From assembly GCA_963726745.1 (NCBI GenBank), contig CAVSDR010000006.1, positions 928,001 through 992,000 on the forward strand: a stretch of DNA of 64,000 nucleotides. The letters are read 5' to 3'. Made by a program: the position numbers and the translations under genes. Shown piece after piece: positions 22,355-31,410 of this stretch. The stretch's first letter is position 1; the number at the start of each line of letters is the position of its first letter. The DNA comes from an uncultured Verrucomicrobiae bacterium (GTDB lineage Bacteria; Verrucomicrobiota; Verrucomicrobiia; Chthoniobacterales; UBA10450). The notes beneath the pieces were generated by a model. It had not been told where the DNA came from and did not search any database. It was given only the letters and a program-made list of their open reading frames with translations.

Positions 22355-23176
22355 TCAAAGCTGAACGCGCCGGAACAACTCGTCGAGGGGCAGTTGCAGC
22401 GCGACATAAAATTCACCGAAATCTCCGTAGTCCGCGCTCACCGGGTCGAACCGCATCTGGTAGACGATCGATTTGATCTGGAAAGTGTCGCGCGCAAAGA
22501 GGGTCACGCCCCACTCGGCATCGTCGATCCCGGTGGAGCCGGTGATGAGCTGCTTCACTTTGCCGGCATATTGGCGGCCAACCGCGCCATGCCCGAGCAT
22601 GAGCTTGCGGCGCTCTTCAAACGGAAGCGCATACCAGTTGCGCTGCTCGCCGCGGCGCTTGCTCATATTATAGAAGCAAACGACCGGCCAGTCCGGCAGC
22701 GTCGGGTAAACGCGCTCGTGGCGGTAATGCTTCATCCGCTCGTCGAACGCAGCCATCGACTTCTCGAATTCCGGCGTCCCGTGGGTCACCCCCTGCTCGC
22801 GCTCGAGGATGGCGGCGTATTCCTCGGCTGAAGTCTTGTATTCGCTCTCCTCGGTTAACGAGAGGTAGCTGTAGACGGGAATGAGCACGTCAGCCCCGAG
22901 CGATTGGCTGAGCTGCTTCTCGATCCGATTGGCCACATGGAGGTCGGGCGTGATCAACATGAAGCCGAGATCGGCTTTCGGCGTGACCACGCTCATGGTC
23001 AGGAGCTGGGTCGACTCCAGCGCGCGCGTCTCCTGCACCAGCTCGGCCAGGCGGGTCTTGGCCGCGCGCTGTTCCTCCGCGGTCAGCAGCTGCCATTGGC
23101 CAAACTCGATCCGGTAAAAGAGATGCAGGCAATGCCAGCCTTGCTCGGGAATAAGGGTGCCGCTCTCCTGGTCCAT
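22355..23176 (-). CDS. hemQ: Coproheme decarboxylase / chlorite-dismutase-family heme protein
   Basis: GWHCLHLFY, KADLGFM, YSYLSLTE.S.Y, CFY.MSKRR...NWY.LP.EER..LM..HG..GR.YAG.V.QLITGSTG.DD.EWGVTLF. Confidence 0.85.
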   Translation of the reverse strand: MDQESGTLIPEQGWHCLHLFYRIEFGQWQLLTAEEQRAAKTRLAELVQETRALESTQLLTMSVVTPKADLGFMLITPDLHVANRIEKQLSQSLGADVLIPVYSYLSLTEESEYKTSAEEYAAILEREQGVTHGTPEFEKSMAAFDERMKHYRHERVYPTLPDWPVVCFYNMSKRRGEQRNWYALPFEERRKLMLGHGAVGRQYAGKVKQLITGSTGIDDAEWGVTLFARDTFQIKSIVYQMRFDPVSADYGDFGEFYVALQLPLDELFRRVQL

Positions 23177-23232
23177 CGGAGGGCAAGTGTCGCGAGCGCG
23201 GGATGGAGGGTCAAGCGCGCCGGCGGGCGAGC

Positions 23233-24036
23233 CTAGCGCGCGGCCGCGGCGGCGCTTGGCAGGTGCTCGAGGCAATACTCCTCGCCATCGCGGGCCACGC
23301 GGAACTCGCGCTCGGGATCGCTCAGCTCGGTCGCGCCGCAAAGCGCGCAACGATGGAGCGGCTCGGCCTCGCTCCGGCTTTGCATTTCAAAACGTTTCCG
23401 CCGCGTGGCCGTCTCCTGCCGATTGCGCACGCGGTGCCAAAGCCCCGGGCCGAAGAAGATGAAGAAATTAGCCAGCGCTGCGAGCAGGGCCATGCGGTAG
23501 GCATTCGACTCGACCACGAAACCGGCGGCGAGGAAGGCGGCCAGGATCCAGGCGAGCCATTTGATCCGCATCGGCAGGATGAAAAAGACGTAGATGACCT
23601 CGTCCGGATAAAACCAGGCGAAGGCAAAGAAGAGCGTCGAGGCGAGCATGCTGTTGGAGAATTCCGCCCCGAAGAGAAACGCGGCCACGGTGGTCCCGAG
23701 CATGCCGACGAGAAAATAGAGCGTGAGCCGGAAGGCGCCCCAGGCGCGCTCGAGCCCTTCGCCGATGAACCAGAGAAACCAGAGCGCGATCACTACCCAG
23801 AGCGGAGAAAGCAGCGCGCCCGGCCGCGCGGGGGCATTAGGCAGGAAGATGTAGGTTACCAGCCGCCAGACTTCGCCCTTCAGAATCTTCGCCGGCTCCA
23901 GTTGCAGGACCGCGAGGAACTCCGGCGCGATGAACGTGAGCACATAGACCAGCGCGGTGAAGGCGACCACGATGCGGATGAGCCCCGGGATCGCGAGAAA
24001 GCCCATGCGTCGCTCCAATTTATCCAGCACGGTCAT
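23233..24036 (-). CDS. Rhomboid-like/Der1-like membrane protein with C-terminal Cys/His knuckle
   Basis: GEVWRLVTYIF, LERAWG, multiple TM segments, C-terminal HRCALCG..EYCLEH. Confidence 0.75.
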   Translation of the reverse strand: MTVLDKLERRMGFLAIPGLIRIVVAFTALVYVLTFIAPEFLAVLQLEPAKILKGEVWRLVTYIFLPNAPARPGALLSPLWVVIALWFLWFIGEGLERAWGAFRLTLYFLVGMLGTTVAAFLFGAEFSNSMLASTLFFAFAWFYPDEVIYVFFILPMRIKWLAWILAAFLAAGFVVESNAYRMALLAALANFFIFFGPGLWHRVRNRQETATRRKRFEMQSRSEAEPLHRCALCGATELSDPEREFRVARDGEEYCLEHLPSAAAAAR

Positions 24037-24088
24037 TGTCCTATCATCGTAAACGCCCCGGCTCGCGGTTCCACAGAGGCCGCGCAGA

Positions 24089-24116
24089 TTGACGCCGCCA
24101 AGCCGCCGCCTAGCTT
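24089..24116 (+). promoter_or_regulatory. Putative sigma70 promoter of gcvT (leaderless geometry)
   Basis: TTGACG-16 bp-TAGCTT, GTG start after a 7-nt gap. Confidence 0.55.
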
Positions 24117-24123
24117 GGCGCTC

Positions 24124-25227
24124 GTGAGCGACGCCGCCGAAAAAACCACCCCCCTTTATGAGGAACACCGGCGCGCGGGCGCGAAGCTGATCCCCTTCGG
24201 CGGCTGGCTCATGCCGGTGCAATACACCAGCATCAGCGAGGAGCATCAGGCGGTGCGGAACGCGGTCGGCGTCTTCGATATTTCGCACATGGGCCAGCTG
24301 ATCGCCGAGGGCCCCGGCGCGGGCGCCTGGCTCAACCGGATGCTGACGAACAACCTCGACAAGCTCGAGGTTGGCAGCGGGCAATACACTTTTCTCCTGA
24401 ACGAAAAGGCCGGAATCATCGACGACTTGATCGTCTACCGGACGGCGCCCGAGCGCTTCCTCCTGGTGGTGAACGCCTCGCGCACTGAGGAGGATTTCGC
24501 GTGGCTCCAGCAGCATTTAGGGGACGAAGCAACGCTCACAAACCGCAGCACGGACTTCGCCGGGCTCGCGATCCAGGGGCCGAAAATTGCCGAGCTTTTT
24601 CAGCACTTGTTAGGCAGCGACTTCACCCTCCCGGCGCGGAATCAAATCACGGACACGAAGCTCGACGGCGTGCCTGTTTCGATCGCGCGCACCGGTTACA
24701 CCGGGGAAGACGGGGTGGAGATTTTCTTCCCGGCCAAGGATGCTGCCGCCGTCTGGACCAAAGTGCTGGCTAAAGGCGAGCCGCTGGGCCTGCGCCCTTG
24801 TGGTCTGGGCGCACGCGATACCCTCCGCCTCGAGATGTGCTATCCGCTGAATGGCAACGACCTCACGCCGGAGCACACGCCACTCGAAGCCGGCCTCGGA
24901 TTTTTCGTCGACTTGGGCAAGCCGGAGTTCATCGGCCGCGCGGTTTTGGCCAAGGCGAAGGAAGATGGGCTGAAACGCAAGCTCGTCCCCTTCCGCATGA
25001 AGACGAAGGGTCCGCCGCCGCGGCCGCATTACGCCGTCTATGCCGGGGGCGAGCGCGTGGGCGAAGTGAACAGCGGCACCCTTTCGCCGAGCATGGGCGA
25101 AGGCATCGGCATGGCCTATGTGCCGGTCGAGTTTGCGAAAATAGGCAGCGAGTTGGAGATCGAGATTCGCGGCCAGAAATTTCCTGCTGTCATCGAAAAG
25201 AAACCTCTCTACAAGAAAGCATCATGA
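24124..25227 (+). CDS. gcvT: Glycine cleavage system aminomethyltransferase T
   Basis: TPLYEEH..GAK..PFGGW.MPVQY, FDISHMG, RTGYTGEDG.E, GLGARDTLRLEM. Confidence 0.96.
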   Translation: MSDAAEKTTPLYEEHRRAGAKLIPFGGWLMPVQYTSISEEHQAVRNAVGVFDISHMGQLIAEGPGAGAWLNRMLTNNLDKLEVGSGQYTFLLNEKAGIIDDLIVYRTAPERFLLVVNASRTEEDFAWLQQHLGDEATLTNRSTDFAGLAIQGPKIAELFQHLLGSDFTLPARNQITDTKLDGVPVSIARTGYTGEDGVEIFFPAKDAAAVWTKVLAKGEPLGLRPCGLGARDTLRLEMCYPLNGNDLTPEHTPLEAGLGFFVDLGKPEFIGRAVLAKAKEDGLKRKLVPFRMKTKGPPPRPHYAVYAGGERVGEVNSGTLSPSMGEGIGMAYVPVEFAKIGSELEIEIRGQKFPAVIEKKPLYKKAS

Positions 25228-25604
25228 GCAACGTCCCCGACGATCTTCGTTACACCGAGTCGCATGAATGGGTCCGCGTGGAAGGCGACCGGGCGCGCAT
25301 CGGCATCACCGATCACGCGCAGGCCGAGCTGACCGACGTGGTCTACGTGGAGCTGCCGAAGATCGGCACCCAGGCGGAAGCGCGCGGACAGATCGCGGTG
25401 GTGGAATCGGTCAAGGCCGCGAGCGACATCTACGCGCCGATCAAGGGCGAGGTGGTGGAAGTGAACGAACAGCTTTCGAACAACCCGGCCCTGGTGAATA
25501 CCGATCCGTTCGGCGAAGGCTGGATTTTCGTCCTGAAAATGGCGAACCCGGACGACGTCCAGCAGTTGAAAGACGCTGCGGCCTACCGCCAGGCGATCGG
25601 CTAA
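25224..25604 (+). CDS. gcvH: Glycine cleavage system H protein
   Basis: LRYTESHEW, GITDHAQ, lipoyl-Lys VESVKAASDIYAP, NTDPFGEGW. Confidence 0.96.
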   Translation: MSNVPDDLRYTESHEWVRVEGDRARIGITDHAQAELTDVVYVELPKIGTQAEARGQIAVVESVKAASDIYAPIKGEVVEVNEQLSNNPALVNTDPFGEGWIFVLKMANPDDVQQLKDAAAYRQAIG

Positions 25605-25990
25605 CGAGCGGTGCCGGGCAGTTCGAGCAGCTCCGCGATGTAGCGCATCAGCTCTTCGACGGCCACCGGATTAGCCAGAAAGCTGTAGCCACTCAGCCAG
25701 CCGCCCGAGACCACCCGGTTTTCGTTGCTGACGTCGCCGCTGACGAAAACCATCGGCGTTTCGCGCAAACCCGGATCGCTCCGAAACGGTTGCGCCGCCA
25801 CCACGGCCTGCGGCTGAGCAAGCTCGAAGACGATCAGATCTGGCTGGAACCAACGGGCCGCGCTCACGGCCAGCCGCCGATCGTGTTCTTCGCGGATGAG
25901 ATATCTCCCCGTGCGCTCAAGGGCGCCACGCACGAGCGCGGTCGCTCGCGTCTCGTAGTCCAACAGAAGAATTTTCTTCAGGAAAGTCAT
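25601..25990 (-). CDS. Stand-alone atypical receiver-domain protein
   Basis: KKILLLDYE..PDLIVFE..TPMVFVSG..FLANPVAVEEL follows the CheY fold, but the phospho-Asp and conserved Lys are replaced. Confidence 0.75.
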   Translation of the reverse strand: MTFLKKILLLDYETRATALVRGALERTGRYLIREEHDRRLAVSAARWFQPDLIVFELAQPQAVVAAQPFRSDPGLRETPMVFVSGDVSNENRVVSGGWLSGYSFLANPVAVEELMRYIAELLELPGTAR

Positions 25991-26009
25991 CGCACGCACC
26001 TGCCGAACT

Positions 26010-26025
26010 AGCAGCGCGCGTGCCT
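26010..26025 (-). promoter_or_regulatory. Candidate sigma54 -24/-12 promoter
   Basis: Minus strand AGGCACG-CGCG-CTGCT. Confidence 0.55.
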
Positions 26026-26038
26026 CACACCGCGATCC

Positions 26039-26713
26039 CTAGAGCAAGGAGGACAGCGTGTTGATCGTAAGCGCGAGGATGACGGTGTTGAAGCCGAAGG
26101 AAAGCGTCCCGTGAATAAGGGCCAGGCGGCGCAAGCGCTTCGAGGAAATCTCGACGTCCGAGACCTGGAAAGTCATCCCGATGACGAAGGCAAAGTAGGC
26201 GAAATCGAGATAATCCGGCCGTGAATCACTGGGAAATTCCAAGCCGCCGGCATGCTCCTTCCGGTTTTGATCATGGTCGCCGTAATACGCGTGGGCGTAG
26301 CGGAGGGTAAAAACGGTGTGCACCAGGGACCACGACGCGATCACCGCGAGCACGCTCAAGAGAAGATGCGAGGCGAGGTGCGGCTGCTCCTGCGCATGCT
26401 TGTTCGTGTAGAATAGAAAGCCAACTGCGGAGAGGCCGGCACAGGCCGCCACGATCGCAAAAATGAAGACCACGGTGCGGCCGGCATCCTGATCCCGGGC
26501 GCGCGCGCGGATGTCCTTTTGCGGAGTGAAAAGAATCGTCAGCCAGGCAAGCCCGAGGACACAGGCGGCGAAAACATCCCAAGTGGCGATGTATTGCACC
26601 GGCAATCCAGTGCGATGGCGCAAGGCCAGCCACGCGAGCGCCGCGGCCACCAACGCGATGGCCAGCCGGTCGCGCGCATCCTGTTTCGCCAGCCAGCGGG
26701 TGAAGCGTCCCAT
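26039..26713 (-). CDS. DUF1345 membrane protein
   Basis: SW..VHTVFTLRYAHAYY, GLEFP, PDYLDFAYFAFVIGMTFQVSDV, H..LSF.FNT.ILAL.IN. Confidence 0.9.
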   Translation of the reverse strand: MGRFTRWLAKQDARDRLAIALVAAALAWLALRHRTGLPVQYIATWDVFAACVLGLAWLTILFTPQKDIRARARDQDAGRTVVFIFAIVAACAGLSAVGFLFYTNKHAQEQPHLASHLLLSVLAVIASWSLVHTVFTLRYAHAYYGDHDQNRKEHAGGLEFPSDSRPDYLDFAYFAFVIGMTFQVSDVEISSKRLRRLALIHGTLSFGFNTVILALTINTLSSLL

Positions 26714-26752
26714 GCGGCAAGCAACGCTTGCCGGCGCCCCGCGCGCAACTCG

Positions 26753-28114
26753 TTAGCCGAAGATCCCGAGGTTCGGATGCGCGAAGCGCCCGATGTTGGG
26801 CAGCACCGTGGGCAGATCCGAGGCGCTCACCCCAAACCAACTTGCGAGCGTGGCGGAAAATTCGTCCACCGAGGTCGTGGGAATCCAGCGACCCTGGCCG
26901 GTGTCGTCGGGGCCGTTCACTGCAAGAGTGGGGAAAGTGCCAAAAAGCCGGCCGCCCTGGACCGCGCCGCCGAGGACAAATTGATGGCTGCCCCAGCCGT
27001 GATCCGAGCCGGAACCGTTCGTGGGAAAGGTGCGGCCAAAATCGGAAGCGGTGAAAGTGGTCACCTGGTTGGCCACGCCGAGTTCAACCGTGGCGGAATA
27101 GAATGCATTCAGCGCCTGGCTCAATTCCGTGAGCAATCCCGCCTGCCCCGCGAGCTGGTCGCCGTGCGTATCGTAGCCGCCGACGGAGCAGAAGAAGATT
27201 TGCCGGCGCATGCTCAGGTTTGAGCGAGCGGCGATCAATTTCGCGACCATGTTGAGCTGCTTCGCGAGCGCGGTTGTGGGGAAAGCGGTCTGCAGCGGCG
27301 GCAAGCCGCCGAGCGCCGAGGTCAGGAGATCGTTCGCCGCAATCGACCGCGAAACCGTGTCGCCGTAGGCCTGCTCGAAGAGATTATTGTGCGGCTGCGC
27401 GAGTAATTCCTTGAAGGCCGCGAGGCGAACGTTGGCATTCGCGCTCCCGTCAAAGCCGCTTAAGCCGATGCTCCCATCCGGCGAGACGGTGTAGGGCAGG
27501 ACGGTGTTGCCGACTTCGAAGGTATTCGTCCCCGCGATCGAAAGAGAGAGCGAGATCTTCGAGCCGCTGTTGAGCGATTGCAGCAGGTCGGCCATGCGAC
27601 CGCCCCACCCGGTGCGCGAAATTTGGTCGGGCACGGAGGTCTGCCATTGGACCGATTGATCGGCGTGCGAGAAAAGCTGCTCCGGCACGGCGGCGCCGCC
27701 GGAGAGATATTGCGCGCGCGTGATCGGCGCGACCAGCGTGCCGACATTCGCGACCACGCCGAGATGACCCTGGGCGAAAAGTTGCTGCAACTCCGGAAGA
27801 TTCGGATGGAAGGCGAACTGCCGGCCGTCGCCATTAGCCAGCGAGATGGGGAGGAGCGAACTCTGTGGGAGCGCGAGCGCGCCACGCGCGGCCGCGTAGG
27901 CCGAGTAGCCGCTGGAGTCGTTAGGCACGAGGACGTTGTTGGCATCGTTCCCGCCGTAGAGAAAGAGGCAGACCAGCGCCTTGTAATCGCCGGTGTCGGC
28001 GATGGTCGCGGCGCTCAGCTTTCGCAGGTCGAAGATGGTGTTGAGCAATCCCGAGGTGGTGAGCGCGGCGCAGGCCGCCTGGCGGATGAAGGTGCGGCGA
28101 GTGGGAGCGTACAT
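26753..28114 (-). CDS. DUF1501 family protein with twin-arginine signal
   Basis: TRRTFIR, YKALVCLFLYGGND, LFSHADQ, GYDTH, SDFGRT..NGSGSDHGWG. Confidence 0.92.
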   Translation of the reverse strand: MYAPTRRTFIRQAACAALTTSGLLNTIFDLRKLSAATIADTGDYKALVCLFLYGGNDANNVLVPNDSSGYSAYAAARGALALPQSSLLPISLANGDGRQFAFHPNLPELQQLFAQGHLGVVANVGTLVAPITRAQYLSGGAAVPEQLFSHADQSVQWQTSVPDQISRTGWGGRMADLLQSLNSGSKISLSLSIAGTNTFEVGNTVLPYTVSPDGSIGLSGFDGSANANVRLAAFKELLAQPHNNLFEQAYGDTVSRSIAANDLLTSALGGLPPLQTAFPTTALAKQLNMVAKLIAARSNLSMRRQIFFCSVGGYDTHGDQLAGQAGLLTELSQALNAFYSATVELGVANQVTTFTASDFGRTFPTNGSGSDHGWGSHQFVLGGAVQGGRLFGTFPTLAVNGPDDTGQGRWIPTTSVDEFSATLASWFGVSASDLPTVLPNIGRFAHPNLGIFG

Positions 28115-28116
28115 GA

Positions 28117-31011
28117 TTACTTCTCGATGGTGCCTTCGGGCGAATTCACGATCAGGTAAATTGCGGTCCGGGCGCGCTCGGTGGGATTACTCGCCGGGAT
28201 CTGGCCGAGGGCGTTGATCAAGGTCGTGCGCATCGCGCTCGACATCGTCCCGGCCATGAGGACGGCGTTCAAGTGGTCGGCTAATTTTGCCGGATCGGAG
28301 GCGAGCGCGATTTCGTTGGCGAGGTTTAAGGTAATCCGGTTCGAGCTCGGCCCGAGATAAGTGTAGATCGCGTTGCGCAGGAAATTCGCCGCCGTGATCG
28401 TGGTCGTCTCGGTGTTGATCTGGAATTCCGGACTGCGCAATCCCGCGGCCGCGATCGCTCCCGGCGCCTGGTAATCCGGTTCGAAGAAATTGAAGACCGT
28501 GGGCGAGTGCATCGCTTCCTCGGCAAGCGCGGTGTAGGCGCCGCGCACAGAGAAATTGCCGTCCGGCGAGCTGGCGTTAAAAGCGCGCAGGAGACTCGTC
28601 ACGCGCAGGACCGGCTCGCGCAATTTGCCGACGCCTTGGCCGCTCCGTGGATTGCCGCGCGCGTCGTAATCCAGCAGGACCGCGCGAATCACCGCCTGCA
28701 GGTCACCGCGCACGCCGTGGCCGTTGTCGTTAAAAACGGAAGCAACGCGGTAAATGTGACCGGGGCTTGGGTTGCTCGTGACCAAACGCTGGATGAGCTG
28801 GCGCGCGATGAACGGGCCGACGTTCGGATGTTGGAAAATTGCATCGAGCGTCGCCTTCAGGTCCTGCGACGCAGTTTGATTAGCCGGCAAGACGAGGCCG
28901 TTCAGAATCGTCTTGCTCGCGGTCTCATGCCGGCTGGCGATGCTGATCATCGGGTTCCGCCAATCCTGCCGGCCCGGATAGAAGACCGGCGTGCCGGTTT
29001 GCGCGTAGGTCCAGCCGGTGAAAGCCGCGGCTGTCCCGAGCACTGCTTCCTGGCCGTAGGTCGTGAGCGGAAAACCGTTCGAGGCCAGGGTAAGGCTGCC
29101 GTCGAGATTCAGCTGGTAAAGCCCGATGGAGAAAAGCTGCATGATCTCGCGCGCGTAGTTCTCGTTAGGCAAGGTGCCCTTGGCGGGGTTGGCCTTGTCG
29201 CTTTGGAGCATGTCCAGATAAGCGCCCATCGCGGGATTAAGGGTCACGTCCTCGAGAAGTTGCCGGTAGTTGCTGAAGGCATCGCGCACCAGGACGTCGT
29301 AGTACGCGGGCAAGGCATACGCGCGATTGCCGAGGCCGGCGCTGTTCAAGGAGACGACGAAGATCTGGCTAAGCGCGAAGGCGACGCGCTGCCGCAGTTG
29401 ATCGGGCGCGGCGATCGCGCGGGTCCACCAGGCATCATTCGTTTGCGTGACCGTGGGCTGGTTCGGCGTCGCGCCAGGCGAAGGGCTCGGCATGGCCGCG
29501 ACTGCCGCATCGACGAACGCAAGGTGCGACGAAGGCGGCGCGGCAAACTGGTCGTTGAGGAATTTGTCGAAGCCGTCGCTCTGCACTTTCGCGATCAGCG
29601 CGTTGTTGCCGCCAAAGGTCGCCTGGGAAAGGAAGCGCGCCGCATCCGTCGGCGTGGGCGTCCCAGCCGCGAGCGCTGGCGGCGGCGTGGGCACGGGCGC
29701 GGTTTGCGCGCCGCTGGAGAGGTTGAAGTAGCCCTTGATCTCGCCCGTGGGGAAGTTCGCGGTGTGCAGATTGATGTAAGCGCTGCCGCTTTTGATCATC
29801 GCCAAAATGTCGGCTACCGAGTGGGTGCCCACGTTGGTGAAGACCCAGATGTAGCTCCCGTCCGGCTGCGGCGCGACCGTGTCGAGATCGAAGAGGATCG
29901 AGCCATCCGAGGCGTGCACGTGGATGCCCGTGAGCGGCGAGGAAAGGTTGGCGTAGTTGTAGGAAATGACGGCTGATTTTTCATCGCCCGAGAGGCGGAG
30001 CGTGGCGCTGCCGGAGCCGTTTGAACCACTGGTCCCCTGCGCGCGCATCTGGGCGAGGAAAAGCGTGGAGCCATCGGCCTGCGGCGGCTGGTCGAGGTCG
30101 TACATTTCCAGCAAGGCCACGCCGGTGCTGCTGCGCGCGCCGCGGACGATCGCGGTGTAATTGCCCTGCGGCAGAGTCGCGAGGAGGGCCGGCTCGCGGT
30201 CGTCGGTCGGCGCAAGCGTGCTTGCATTCAACTCCGCCTGCTGGGTGGTGCGCCAGTTGTCGTTCTCGGCCAGGAGCGCGCCGTTGCCGTCATGCAATTC
30301 CAGCGTGGGATCGGCGAGGCTGCCGGGAATGGGGACGCCGTTGAGGAAGAGCGACGGGCCACGCACGCGCAGGACCATTTTCTTGGAAACGGAACCGCGG
30401 ACGATGAAGCCGCCGATCATGACGTTGTCACCCGTGAGCACGTTGCCGCGGGCGGAGATATTCGCCAGGCGGGCGGTCGCGCTCGGGCCGTCGATGTCGT
30501 AGACCTCAATCAAACCGACGCCGGTGGCGGCGCCGACGCCGCGCACGATCGCGGTGTAGGGCCCGGGCGTGAGCGTGGCCAGGATGGCGGCATCGCGATC
30601 GTTCGGTGGCGCCAGCTCGCTGGCTATGAGCGCATCCTGCTGGCTGCTGCGCCAATTGTCGTTCGTGGCCACGAGCCGGCCGCTGGCATCGTGCAATTCC
30701 AAAACCGGATCGGCCAGGGCCCCGGCGACCGGCAACGACGGCCCGAGCGCGCGGATGACGAGCTTCTTTTCCCCCGAGCCGGTGATGATGAACCCGCCGA
30801 TGAGGACGTTGTCGCCGGTCTGCACGACCATGCGGGTGGAGAGATTAACCGCGCTGGCGACGGACTGCGCGGCCGCGCTCTCGAGCCTTGCGCAAGAAAC
30901 AAGGAGCGCCAGGAAGAATGCGGTTCGACCGGTGAGCTTCACGGTTCCTCTGCGAGCAGTAAACAGACCGCCAGATGCGCGATCTCGCGAGGCAGAGACA
31001 GCAGGACGCAT
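28117..31011 (-). CDS. DUF1800 family protein with two N-terminal repeat modules and a CHRD-like domain (start may be slightly downstream)
   Basis: AARFLSQATFG, DQLRQRVAFALSQIFVVS, PNENYAREIMQLFSIGL, GKLREP; CHRD-like YINLHTANFPTGEIKG. Confidence 0.9.
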   Translation of the reverse strand: MRPAVSASRDRASGGLFTARRGTVKLTGRTAFFLALLVSCARLESAAAQSVASAVNLSTRMVVQTGDNVLIGGFIITGSGEKKLVIRALGPSLPVAGALADPVLELHDASGRLVATNDNWRSSQQDALIASELAPPNDRDAAILATLTPGPYTAIVRGVGAATGVGLIEVYDIDGPSATARLANISARGNVLTGDNVMIGGFIVRGSVSKKMVLRVRGPSLFLNGVPIPGSLADPTLELHDGNGALLAENDNWRTTQQAELNASTLAPTDDREPALLATLPQGNYTAIVRGARSSTGVALLEMYDLDQPPQADGSTLFLAQMRAQGTSGSNGSGSATLRLSGDEKSAVISYNYANLSSPLTGIHVHASDGSILFDLDTVAPQPDGSYIWVFTNVGTHSVADILAMIKSGSAYINLHTANFPTGEIKGYFNLSSGAQTAPVPTPPPALAAGTPTPTDAARFLSQATFGGNNALIAKVQSDGFDKFLNDQFAAPPSSHLAFVDAAVAAMPSPSPGATPNQPTVTQTNDAWWTRAIAAPDQLRQRVAFALSQIFVVSLNSAGLGNRAYALPAYYDVLVRDAFSNYRQLLEDVTLNPAMGAYLDMLQSDKANPAKGTLPNENYAREIMQLFSIGLYQLNLDGSLTLASNGFPLTTYGQEAVLGTAAAFTGWTYAQTGTPVFYPGRQDWRNPMISIASRHETASKTILNGLVLPANQTASQDLKATLDAIFQHPNVGPFIARQLIQRLVTSNPSPGHIYRVASVFNDNGHGVRGDLQAVIRAVLLDYDARGNPRSGQGVGKLREPVLRVTSLLRAFNASSPDGNFSVRGAYTALAEEAMHSPTVFNFFEPDYQAPGAIAAAGLRSPEFQINTETTTITAANFLRNAIYTYLGPSSNRITLNLANEIALASDPAKLADHLNAVLMAGTMSSAMRTTLINALGQIPASNPTERARTAIYLIVNSPEGTIEK

Positions 31012-31088
31012 GGCCGATAGAACCGCGACGCGCCCCGGAAGTCGCGCTTTTTTAAGCAGCGCCCTATGCTTAATTGCCTACCCTGTTT

Positions 31089-31410
31089 ATGTCGGCCGCC
31101 GCCAAGAAATCTGAACCGGAAATCAACTTCGAAGCCGCGATGGACCGTCTTGGAGGCGATTGTGGAGCAGATGGAGTCCGGGAAAATGCACCTGGAGGAT
31201 CTGATTGTGCGTTACGAGGAAGGGATGAAGCTGGTCAAGACCTGCCAGGAACGTCTGAGCAGCGCCGAGCAGCGGATCGAGATGATCACGCGCAATCATG
31301 CTGGCAAAGCAGTGGTAAAGAATTTTGACAGCAAGACGCCGGCGCCCGCCGCGCCCTTGCCGGAAACAAAGGGAGAAACAGCACATGACGACGAAGTCCG
31401 ACTCTTCTGA
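31089..31410 (+). CDS. xseB: Exodeoxyribonuclease VII small subunit, frameshifted near 31150
   Basis: NFEAAMDRL | EAIVEQMESGKMHLEDLIVRYEEGMKLVKTCQERL..AEQRI; extra T in CGTCTTGGAG. Confidence 0.9.

Noticed and set aside
23203..24123. Apparent N-terminal extension making GcvT 674 aa (similarly the AKR ORF from 50495 and pdhA from 4756)
   Set aside because: The extensions overlap real neighbouring genes; homology begins at the internal starts, and promoter-like boxes precede the gcvT and AKR starts.
24000..24123. Glycine riboswitch upstream of gcvT
   Set aside because: The intergenic gap is only 87 bp, a promoter abuts the start codon, and I saw no aptamer motifs.
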